A stretch of DNA of 64,000 nt from Chrysomallon squamiferum (taxonomy: Eukaryota > Animalia > Mollusca): assembly GCA_012295275.1 (NCBI GenBank), contig CM022665.1, positions 49,104,001-49,168,000 of the forward strand. The letters are read 5' to 3'. Positions 22,655 through 57,499 of the stretch are shown here, in pieces. The position numbers and the translations under genes were made by a program. The notes beneath the pieces are model-generated. The model was not told the DNA's origin. It made no database searches and worked only from the letters and a program-made list of their open reading frames with translations. How positions within the stretch are numbered: position 1 is the first letter of the stretch; each line of letters begins with the position of its first letter.

Positions 22655-24387
22655 AAAATGAGATTTGTTTAAATGTATTAACAAAAATAATCTGAAGTGA
22701 TATTTGTTTTAACGTGTTAACAAAAATAATCTGAAGTGACATCAAAATCAAAATAAAATAATATTTTATTTCATAAAGAGTTTAGTACCTGGAATGTGAG
22801 ACAGTCTGTTCTTCTGTAGATCAAGACACAACAAGTTGTGCAGAGTGCCCAGGGTTACCTTGAAAAATAAAATAAAATATTGTTTTCATTAATTAGACCT
22901 ATTTTTATGCACCTTTTACTTACACTGATTTGTGACCTTTATAAGAATGAGTTAAGACAATGCATCTTTGTCACAAACATGAGTTAATCAAAATATCTTT
23001 CAAATATGAGTTAATCAAAATATCTTTAAAACATGAGTTAATCAATATATCTTTCTGACAAACAATCCAACTGTATGTTAATTATAACTGTAATAAAAAT
23101 AATTGATTATTTTTAAAATTTGACATTCTCAGTTCTGTATTATTCCAAAGTACTATATATATATATATATTTATTTTTTATTTTTATTTTTCTGTTATTG
23201 AAGTACTGTAATCTGCAGAATTCTTGTGGATGTAAAAATTACAGAACTGAGAAAGGTCCAAAATGCAAAAAAAAAAAAAAAAAAAAAGAAGTTATAAATA
23301 AGATTTTAAAAAGTTAAAAAGAAAGAAAACAGAGGATTTAAAAAATCACATAAAACAACTTGTTCTAACATAACACTGCTGACAGAAAAAAAAAACAACT
23401 CAGAATGACTCAAAAAAAAAAAAGGAAAATAAAAAATGGGGATAACTTGTTCTAACAGACTATACAACATCTAACAGACAATGGAGAATTTAGAAAACTC
23501 ACTGGAATGGTTGTGAGTTGGTTTGAGCCGAGCTGTAGACTGGTGAGTCCCTGTAGACACACAACGTCGCTGGGTAGTGATGCGATGCTGTTGTACGACA
23601 GGTCTAAGTCTGTGAGCTGTGTACCCAGAAAGCAGAGCCGCTGTGGTAGTTCACGTAACTGGTGATGTCTGCGCAAACAAAACAAAATACTTTGATCTGT
23701 TGTTTTCATTAACACAGATTTAGCTATAAGACAAGACAGATGTCATTCAGAGGATAAAAAAAGAACTATTTATTTTAACTTTACATTTCTATTAAAGTCT
23801 CATTTACTTTTTAATATCAAAACTTTACAGATAAAGACTGCTCCTGAATGGCTATCACGAAAATGGCCTTCATTAAATGCATTCAGTACTTGAAATTTTT
23901 TGTTTTTGGTTTAAAAATACATAAAAATAAGTGTTCCATAAATCCAGATTCTGATCCTGGAACTAAACAAGTAAACATCAGTAAAAACACGTCTTGAATC
24001 TGTCAAAATCTGCAAACACTAAAATACTCAGAATTATTCTTCATTTAAAAAATAAAAAGTGAAAAAAAAGAAGAAAAACAGTTACAGATTTACCTCAAAT
24101 CAAGATGTCTGCATGCCCACTGATCCTTCGTTAAATCTGAAGCTGATTTGTGATGCTGTTCACTGTTATTATGGTTGCCATGACAACACCCATGACACAG
24201 GTGACATTGCTTATTACTGGACTGTATGAACAATCTGAAACAGATTATACACAACAAACCGTGAAGGTCCAGTCACTAGCATTCATCACTCTATTTTCTG
24301 TTATCATAAATATTCTTAAATTATAAGTTAACGAACCATAAATAAAATTATTTTACTATTACTATTAGGTTTACGTATCTTTATATC

Positions 24388-24420
<33 letters not shown>

Positions 24421-25414
24421 CTCTCTCTCTCTCTCTCTCCTGAATCTTGAATCCAAATTCTGGTAGGATGAAATCATGAAACTGTCTCAAGAATGGCAAA
24501 AGGCAGTGGAACAAAATGGCACCTAATTATGTGTTTGCCTAAATCTGTGAACAAAACTCTGAATATTATCCTTCAATTTCACTTAAAAACTCTAAAAGCT
24601 TTTGTTCAACCCAATATTGTGTTTGTAAAAGTTCAAAAATTATTTTTAATATGTAGTTTTCCTTAAACACGAAAATAGCCCTATATCGGGTAGTGACCTG
24701 TACTTTGTAAATAGTCAATGTGACTTACCTATATCGGGTAGTGACCTGTACTTTGTAAATAGTCAGTGTGACTTACCTATATTGGGTAGTGACTTGTACT
24801 TTGTAAATAGTCAATGTGACTTACCTATATCGGGTAGTGACTTGTACTTTGCAAATAGTCAATGTGACTTACCTATGTTGTGTATTGTCTGGCTGTTTAT
24901 TTACAAAGATTGACTTTGAAGTCACCTGTAATAAAAAAGAAAAATGTTGATGACAAGATGGTAAGAAAAGCTTTCAAAACTATGAATATCTATTAAATTA
25001 TCATTAGTTCAGATCTGAAGCCTCTGAAAGCTTGTTGATGATCAATCCGAAACTGCTATAACAAGAAACACACACACAAACAAACAAAAAAAGAAATGAG
25101 AAAAAACAGGAATAAGGAAAAAAATTAAACAATAAAAAAAAAAATAATAATAATCAAAAAAAACCTTATAAACTTACTAGTGTATAATGTGAACATGGTG
25201 TCACTTTAGGAGAACATCGGTTACCTCCCTTCGAGCAATCTTTTGCCTGTGTGTCCTGAACCAATGTGACCAGATGCACTATGGCCCACATAATTGAACA
25301 GCAAAGTGACCCAGTGATCGCCATGGCAATGGTTGTAGTCTGGACATCACAGCTGAAGAATATGAGATCGTATGCAAAGCTGGCGAGATATTGACCCACT
25401 GACACCATGGTCAT
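19378..25414 (-). CDS. Leucine-rich-repeat protein with C-terminal BC-box and Cys/His motif (LRRC58/LRRC28/LRRC69-like architecture), 11 exons, ~492 aa
   Basis: Exons 25178-25414, 24873-24925, 24094-24234, 23503-23668, 22789-22858, 22414-22525, 21716-21770, 21114-21274, 20493-20617, 19860-20003 and 19378-19592 are all GT-AG and in frame (1479 nt). About 10 LxxLxLxxNxLxxLP repeats are followed by FPSLVELSCQTLI...LLPSSLQEVL..CSRC...VPLLEILCFKH. The first three exons are less certain. Confidence 0.85.
24458..24616 (+). mobile_element. Mariner (Tc1/mariner) 3' remnant
   Basis: Translates FW*DEIMKLSQEWQKAVEQNGT*, matching the mariner transposase C-terminus (GIxKLxxRWQKVVEQNGxY) with stops. It is followed by a TIR-like end ...cttttgttcaacccaa|ta. 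Confidence 0.7.
24681..24876. repeat. 48-bp tandem repeat (4 copies) containing the LRR-gene exon 2 donor site
   Basis: The unit ctatatcgggtagtgac(c/t)tgtactttgtaaatagtcaatgtgacttac occurs 4 times. Confidence 0.9.
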
Positions 25415-26819
25415 AAAAAATTATTATTTTTATTATTATTATTTAGTTGTTTTGATTTGTGCTGAAACTATGCTGGCCGGATGGTGAAATGATGAGATAG
25501 TTTCATGCTGCCTAGATGTAGCCGATGTCCAGAAGTGTAGAAATGATGCTGACTAGAACTACTGCAATGATGTTGATTACTCCTTCAGGTCAACAGAGTT
25601 CACTATGCATACTAATGATGTAGAATAGACGACACCTATAAACAGAAACACGAAAATATATCCGATCAGAATCAAATTATTTATTATTATTATTATTTAA
25701 TGATTAGCTGGAAAGGTTTGAATAAAATTAATTATCACTGTTAATAAATAAATGAAAATATGCTGTGCATTTATTACACTAATTGCTTGTCTAATGACTT
25801 ATCTAAATGTAATGGAAGTTTCAAATATTAAACGGAAAGTCAAAATCCTGAACGTAACTCGTGAACGTCTTGTTACGTTTAGCTCAAGTATATTGGAGTA
25901 TATTGCCAACAGACATTCTGCCGCTTAACAGACAAAACACAAAAGTAATTATTTTATAAATTTATCAGCAATTATTCAGATTATTCAAAGTAATAGTCAA
26001 ATGGAAAATAATTTCAAACACAATAACCAAATAGCTTTAGCACAATATCCAAAAGAGTTGTTTCCCTTGAACATACACAATTTGCAAAAATCGTTTACAC
26101 ATAATTATAATAAATATTATTATAATTTGAGTTCTGTATTTTAACCTAAAAATTACTGAATAATAAGCAAGGTATAGACAGCGATTTCTTAATTAAAAAT
26201 CGTCTTTTAATTTCGAAATACAAACCCCCTGTCAGTTTCTACTCTACATCTTTTCCTGGTTGTTTACCATAACCCATTTATGGTTGTCGTTAACAATCAT
26301 TATTAACATTTCAGCTTTTTAATATTTTAAGGCTTTATTTCCCAAAGAATGTAAGTAGCAACAATTATCTGTACACAGAAATCTTTACCGAAAACAACGA
26401 CAATAAAAATTTGTAACGTTTATTGTTGCTGGACACAATCGGCAATACTCGGAATACCTCGTAATGTTTCGTTTATGATGTGGAAAAAAAAAGAAATAAA
26501 TAAAATAAAACCAACCCAAAACCCCACAAAATAATTGGAAATGAAAAACAGAAGCAGTAGTAACAGCAGCAGTTAATTAATTAATTAATAATAGTTGTGT
26601 TTTTATTAACGACAGAAAATGATGTCATCAATGGTAGCGAACTTCGATTCAGAAAAAAAAAAAAAAAAAAAAAAAAGAGGAAAATTTAAAAAAAATTAAA
26701 AAATTAAAGAATTAGAGCAAAGAAAAAAGTAGAGAAAACCAAACAAACTTAAAATGAAATATTAATTTACTGATTTATACTTAGGTTGTTAATCGTGAAT
26801 ACCCTTAAAGTAAGTATTT

Positions 26820-27454
26820 TTTTTATTAAAATAGCTAATAATAATACACGAATACTGGTACACACAGTTGTATCATAGACTGAATGGTAACCAAGGGTAA
26901 CTGTGATAAAGTTAAGTAACGACGTCGATAATTTCCTCCTAAAATTAATTAATTAAAACTAATGAAAACAAAAAATGAGCAGAAGATAAAACATACATAT
27001 GAAGAAAGTAGTCAAAAACATTAAGAAGAGTAAAGAAAAAGAAGAAATAAAAAGACAGAAAAATACAATCAAAAAGAATATTAAGTTATCTGAGAACAAC
27101 AAAACAAAAACAAAACAACAACAACAACAACAGAAGAAGAAGATATCTTCATCATTTTGTTACACAAACACAAAACTTGGACATCTAACTCAGGGTTGGA
27201 TTTAATGTGCTTGCCGCCCGCAGGCTAAAGAAATTTTACCGCCCCCTCCGCAAGGCTCAAGTCCCCCTCACCCTTCCCACTTAGTTTATATAATATAAAT
27301 GGTTATAACTTATGATCTAGTTGAAAGCAAAAACATGGTTTTACATTTACATAATGATTTATTTATATATCAGACGTGAAAATACGAATTTATGTAACAT
27401 AAACTGCCTCCCTAAGGAAAACAAACAAACAAACAAACAAGCAGACAACTAAAA

Positions 27455-27488
<34 letters not shown>

Positions 27489-30400
27489 AAAAAAAAAATG
27501 AAATAAATAAATAAATAAATAAATAAATAAATTAATAAAATTAAACACATAAAAGAACAAACAAATAAAATAAAATAAAATAAAACATAATAGTTGTAGC
27601 CAACGTTATGAGAATATTCTCAACAGCAGTTAAATTTCTGTAAGTCGAATGGAGTGGAAACAATTTAACGTGCTAATCAAAGCGAGCTTATCTGTAATGT
27701 TGCTTACGTCACTATTGTACACGAATTTGGGACACACGATCGTTACGAGGTATGCGTTTTGTTGTCATTTGAAATATACCCGGATCTGTTTTGTTGTCTG
27801 TTTGCAACGTACCGAAGGGTTTGAGTTGTTCTTTACAGAAATAATATTATTAGGAATTTAGGTAAGTTAATATAAAATTTATTCACAGTTTTCTGTATTT
27901 CATAATTTATGTCAATAAATATATATTTATGTTTGTAGAGATATTTATATATTTTAAATATATGAAACTTATTTTAACTTTACTTCATTGTTTACACTAA
28001 AAGTTTTCACAGCTCATAACGAAGCTTTTCTCGTCGATTTCATTCGATTCAATCAGTTACGTAAAACATGCAAAATCCAGCTCTTTGTGTCGTGTATTAA
28101 TATCGTTTTTAATAATAGGTATGAGTGTATAAAATAAGTGTTAAGACAGATATTTAAAATTATTAGCTTTCTTCAGCTAACGTTATAAAATATTTTCGTG
28201 TAATTTCTTTTTTTTGTTTCTGAAACCGAAACTTGTATGGACGAAAATATTTCCTGGAACGTTCGAAAACATAATTATTTACTTTTCAGTGCAATGTTAA
28301 CTTTTATAATGCAGCATAATGCTACGTTTCTTGTTTGCAAATGATTAAATGCTACTTTAAAAGATTTAAAAAAATAAATAAATAAAACTGTGAAGATTAA
28401 ATTGCATTTGATTTATATATTTATTGATCTTTTGTTATTATTATTTCTTGTTTTGTCTGTTTTTTTTTTTTTCTGGTTTTCTTGTTTTCTTTTCTTTTTT
28501 CTCAATGCCTGTTGATGAATTTAAAGAACAGAATGGCAGTATCGAGTTTATTATTTATTTATTTATTTTTCCCCCATTATATCATTGTACATGAAAATAG
28601 TTATTAACATCAAAATAGCTCATAATATTAAAATATTATACATCGAGGAAAATAAGGTAAGTTTTTTTGATGAGTTATGATTGCCAGTAACTTTAAGGTT
28701 CTTGCAAGGTTTCACTTAAGTTTGTTTGTAGCTTGGTCCACAGTTCAGGGGTAAGCAGTGTCCAGTTTATATACCTCCAGATGTTTTCTATCAGTTTGAA
28801 GCATATGCAGACCAATTTTGTTTCTGAAACATCTAGAATGGTTTATGATGCATCCGAGAAAATCGTCAGATGAAATTCTTCTGGTATCTTAGAATTTAGA
28901 TATATATTTTTTATTTGTTTATTTATTTCTTTATGAGAAGGAATCAGTGAAACTTTTCAGCACTTTTCACAGAGCGATAACAAAAGCTGCTGTTAGACAC
29001 AATATGAAACGTTCACAGTTTTACAAGTTTACTCTGTGTATTCAGAATATTTTACAGAATCAGTTTTTGTTATTAAAATAGCTAATAATAATACACGAAT
29101 ACTGGTACTCACAGTTATATCATAGACTGAATATTAACCAAGGGTATCTGTGATAAAGTTAAGATAATTTCCTTCTAAAATTAATTAATTAATTAATTAA
29201 AACCTGATCAGTTTTATTAATGGCAGAGTTGGTTTTATGTATATTATTTAGGAAAATCCAAAGATTCCAAACTGATCGTTATTCAAGAGAGGATTCAAAT
29301 AATATAAAATACAACAGCTCTAATATAAATTAATATTAGTGTATTTCTACTGTAATGAAAGTAATATATTTTAACATTATCATATTTTATACGTGGCAAA
29401 TTAGTGCACTGAGTATAACGTACATGAAAATATTATAAAAATTTATATTTGTGTATCAGAAAATATTTCTAGTTTAATGCAGAGGGAATTAAAGTAACAA
29501 AAATAGAAATAATATTATAATAATAACATTAACATTTTTTTTAAAATATTTATTGAAATGTGAGTTGGTCTTATTAAGGAACAGGACATAAAAGTTACTA
29601 CATGACAAAGATTACCGTGTAAACAATATACCTAGATGTAGCATGAATACAATTTAGTTAAACTTTATTAGAATAAAATACAAACAAACACACAAAATAA
29701 GTAAATAAATAAATAAATAAATAAATAAGGTGTGTGGCCTAGGTTGTGAGAAAGCAGTTCAGTGGTTTGACAAGTCTATTTATATCTGTGTATATAGCTG
29801 ATTTGTGTCACGTGACCGTTAGCTCGCAGTGACGACCCATATATATTGTGTTGTCAGTTTCTAATACACGATCAGTTTGATTTTTGCTTTTCAGAAATAA
29901 CGTGATTAGGAATTTAGGTAAGTTGATAAACATTTTAATTTATGTTTGTAATTAAATCTACATTTTTTAAATGAATGAAAGGGGATTTGAATTTTACGTT
30001 GTGTAAATGTCTTTCTTTCTTTTCTGAAACTGAAACTTCTACGGACAAAATATTTCCTGGAATGTTTGAGAACAGGGTACATAATTATTTACTAGTTTGA
30101 GCTGTGCTTTACAGAAATAATGTGATTAGCAATTGATAAACATTTTAATCTGTATCTATTAATTTATACCTGTAAATATATATTTTTTAAATGTACAAAA
30201 GTGATTTTATAATTACTTCCTTGTTTACCGCGTCTACATTTTCACAGCTAATAACGAAGCTTTTCTCATGGATTTTACTGAATTCAGTGGCTCATGTGAA
30301 AAATGCATAAACCTTTGATTTAGTTTTAAAAAAAGGTTTAATAATAAAACTAGTATTCTAAATAATGGTTACGTTATAACCTGATTTACTATATTCACGT

Positions 30401-32946
30401 AGTAGAGAAAACGACTTTCTTTTGTATTTGTTACGTGCGACAACGAGAAGGTCACAAAGGTTTGTGTGACCCACTTCTTGAATATGATTCTCAGTAATTC
30501 TCAGAAGCGTACAGAGTTAGTGTTCAGACGAGCATTTAAAATTATTAGATTTGTGTTTCTAACATTATAAAGTTTTTCCTTTGTTCTTTCTCTGCTTCGT
30601 GAAACTGAAAGTTCTATATTCAGAATGACAACATTTCAGTTAAAAATGTGAAAAAACAATAAACAATTTTTATTTATTGATTTATTCATTCATTCATTAA
30701 TTCAGTAATGTAATTATTAAGTTTTATGTATTTTTTTTCCATGCGTGATATTTTATTCAGCAAAAATATAGTAAATTTTGTTTATATTACAATTAATTAG
30801 GTCATTTAAACTTTCTTGTGTAGTACTTCCATTTGTGTTGTACTTGAATAAACCAACACAGATTAAAATCAACAATTTCTAAACGTATTTATAATAAAAT
30901 CAATCCCATTTAGATTACATTATCTCCTTCTCCATATACGTAAAGTGTGTTTCGGATTTTCTCCTTTTTCTGCACACTTTTTACTAAATCGATTATTATG
31001 TAATATCAGAAAGTGAAAAATTATTCGGACCAAAGTGATCCAAACTGTTTCGTTCTTAGTAAATTTAGCGGAAGCTTTTAGTCAGTTGACCTCCACTATA
31101 CTGGATTGTCCAAAAAACAATATGCAGCCATCTTTAAAGATGACCGTGTAAAGAGTGGAATGCTAATAATCTGAAATATCCATCAACCGAGTTCGGACTC
31201 TTCAGAACTAACTAAAACAAAAAACTGGATATTTTCATTAAAAGTTCACAGTTTTACAAGTGGACTCTGTGTATTCAGAATTTTATACAGAATCAGTTTT
31301 TGTTATTGTGCCAATATTTAGATCAGTTTTATTCGTGTCAGAGTTGGTTTGATGTATAATATCTAGGAAAATCCAAAGATTCCAAATTGACCGCTATTTA
31401 ATAGCAAGAATATTCAAATAAATTAAAATATAACAGTTCAAATATAAATTAATATTAGTGTATTTCTTCTGTAATGAAAGTAATATATTTTAACATTATC
31501 AAATTTTGTACGTGGCAAATTAGTCCACTGACTATAATGTACATGAAAATATTACAAAAATTTATATTTGTGTATCAGAAAATATTTCTAGATTTATGAC
31601 GAGTAAGTTAAAGTAATAAAAATGGAACTAATAGTAAACTAACAATATTTAGAAATTGTTTATTCAAATCTGAGTTGGTCCTATTAAGGCATAAGACATA
31701 GGAAGTTACTATATGAAAAGGTTCACCGTGTAAACAATGTACCTAGTAATATTACAAGAATGCTATTACTACAAATTCTTAGTGTATTTTATTTCTAAAT
31801 ATGCACAAACTGATGAATATTCTTAAGTGTCACTTACTAGTCATCGAGTTATTACCAGGATATTCTAGCCTTCAGAAGACTGTGCAATAGTCACGTGTTC
31901 AGTAGTCATACAGTTTGGAAAGCAGCCAAGCAGTAAGTAAGCTGAGCAGACCTGTGTGGGGAATGAGCGGGCCAGAGAAGAAACAATACAGTTGAATGCT
32001 GTTTACAATGAAGAGACAGTCAGACAAGACCCAGATCAGATTATAATCCTTGCTTTCATTTATTGCCGGTAGACATACAATACACAACAATGTGGGATCA
32101 TACTGTTTTTATCCAGGTAACGGGCTGAGGATTAATTGTGCACCAAACCTTGACGTGTGTTGTTATAAGCTGTATGACAAATAAGCGTAGACTAATGGGA
32201 GGTAATCGTCTTGACTTGTAGTGCGATCATCTTACAAAATTTCCTTCAGTGGACAACTGTGTAATAAAATAAGACTGTTGACTCGGTGTTCGAATGGGTC
32301 AACATTCTTTTCTGTTACTTTACCCTTCTTTTGTCTGTGGAGCAAGTAACAATAAAATAAAATAAAATAAATTATAACAAATCAATAAATAAATGAAATG
32401 AAATCTATAAGTAAGCAAATAAATAAAAATTAAAAAGGTTTGTGCTTGAGATTATGAGCAATTCAAGGGTTTGTCAAGTTTATTTATATCGTTAGTGACA
32501 ATCCATGTACATTTTTTAATACATGGATTAGTTTGAGCTGAGCTTTACAGAAATAACGTGATTACAAATTTAGGTAAATTGATAAACATTATCGTTTTTA
32601 ATAATAGTTATGAGTATACATAATAAGATTTAAAATAAATATTTAAAATTATTAGCATTCTTCGGCTAACATAAAATAATTGAAACTTGTTTCCTGGAAG
32701 GTTCGACAACAGGATACAGAATTATTTACCATTCAGTGTAATTTTAACTTTTAAAATGCAGCTTAATGTTAAGTTTCTTGTTTCGAAATGATTAAATCCT
32801 ACTTATTAAAAAAGAAATTTTTAAATTGCATTTGATTTATATATTTATTCATCTTTTGTTATTATTATTTCTTGTTTTGTCTATTTGTGGTTGTTTTTCT
32901 GTCTGTTTTCTCTCTAGCTGTTGGTGAATTTAAAGAATCGAATGGC

Positions 32947-32979
<33 letters not shown>

Positions 32980-33200
32980 ACTTCTATTACTACTACTACT
33001 ACTACTACTTTTTTTCTCATTATATCATGGTTTATAGGAATAGTTATTAACATGAAAACAGCTGATATTAAAATTCACATCGAGCAAAATAAGGTTAGAT
33101 TGCTGTCCTCGGCAGTTTTGTTGATGAATTACAATTTCCAGTAACTTTAAGAACTTTAGTTCTTTGTAGCTTGGTCCACAGGTCAGAGGTAAGCAATGTT
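26820..33200 (+). repeat. Patchwork of local duplications carrying a repeated 23-nt putative 5'-UTR exon
   Basis: Paralogous blocks: 26820-26960 ~ 29070-29200; 29010-29640 ~ 31240-31745; 27820-28760 ~ 29870-30290 ~ 32530-33200. The exon cag|AAATAA..ATTTAG|gtaa occurs at 27839-27861, 29895-29917 and 32551-32573, with a donor-less copy at 30115. Confidence 0.75.
31828..32351 (+). mobile_element. Candidate solo LTR
   Basis: This segment is absent from the paralogous block at ~29640-29700. It has TGTCAC...GTAACA near-inverted termini, a TATA-like ttataa at ~32163 and AATAAA at ~32263. No TSD was found. Confidence 0.35.
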
Positions 33201-33758
33201 GTAATTATAAATCCGCTTAGTTTATTAAGTTAGTGGAGGGGTGGAATGAAGACAGAAAGAAGGAAGAAAAGGAGAGAGAGAAAAGAATCAGAACAAAGAA
33301 AAAGAAGGGAAAAGAAAAACAAAAACAGAAATAAAAGTTACTGCCACAGACAGCAATATTTCAAGAGGGGAGGGCGAGGGAGGCTGCTATCCCTAGAACT
33401 GACGAAATCCCGAGCCTTAACCGCCCAAACACCACTGACAAAACGTCCACATACCTAGTGTCCATTTTGTCGGCTGCCAAAGTTTTACAGAGGTCGATGT
33501 CTACCTTGCAGCTTTACGAATAAATTGTCTGTTAAAACTATCTCTAATTTCAACATCAGAACTTCTAGTGTTAGTAGCTCAAGATCAAATCCTCGAAAGT
33601 CTTTATACAGTAAATATTACTTTATTTCTTGAGGTTAACAATCAACATAGAATCAGTTTCTGTAGAAATTTAACACGTTCCAGTGTTGTATTAATTATTA
33701 TACTAAAATTAGATTTTATTTAAATTTACAGTTAAAGTACATAACAGAGTCACAAACA

Positions 33759-56462
<22,704 letters not shown>

Positions 56463-56748
56463 GTATGTTCAGTTCAACTGTTTTCTTTACAATTTTGTAA
56501 ATTTAATAATATTTAGAAGATGATGAAAGAACACAAGAAGTAGTAACAAATAATATATTATTACATGATTCAACCTTGTCAGTTTAGTTTCATACTTTAT
56601 GTTATAAGTGACCCTCATTTTATTAAAACATAATTTGCATATTCATCCTTCCTAATAATGTCTGACTTGAAAAAATTCGTAACCTTTTAATTTTTTGGTA
56701 ATCATTATAGAATTATAACATAATAATTACAAGTTTTTAAAAAGATTT

Positions 56749-56792
<44 letters not shown>

Positions 56793-57499
56793 CTATTGAA
56801 AGAGCCTGCGTTTCGCACCATTTGATATGTCTGTAAAATTTGTTTTTAACAAAGCTGTTCGCGCACACGGTGAATCGCCTTTTGTATTTTGAATCGTAAC
56901 TGAAACGCTTACTCATCTAACGAAAACGCTCTTCTTTCTATCTCGAAATCCTCTGTAGATGCTTAGAAAGAGTTCATGCTTACAACTCATAATCTCGATT
57001 CTGGTTACACAGTTTACCCATCCAACAAATCAGCATGTAAATAAAATAGTGATATCTGGAAATTCAGTAGCTTACAGGACCCTGTCCTGATCATTACGTG
57101 ACTCGACTTGTGTCTTTGTATTAACGAACGTCAACTTGTGTAATATATCTCAATCAGCAGAATGTTTGTGAGTGATTTCAAATTATTACAAGTCAGACAA
57201 TGTTTCCTTGTTTCAAAATTATCATAACAGGTAACCTCGGAGTTTCATTAATGTCCTGTCTCCGCTTTCAAATAGTGTCTGTCTGTGACTATTTGCATTT
57301 TTCTAATGTGAATGAGCACTGCATGAATATAACAGGTGAAATATAATTATTTTCTTATAAACGTAAGCTGATGATACGTTTAAACATTTTATTTTGATTT
57401 ATATTTCTGAAATTACACGTTTAATCCTTGAACAAATCAAAAGCATACAGAAAGCCTGTTTGCTATTAAATATATTTGAACACATCATTAAATGCTTAG

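Noticed and set aside
27190-27290. GC-rich patch cagggttggattt...gccgcccgcaggc
   Set aside because: Resembles a MITE terminus, but no matching second end or TSD was found.
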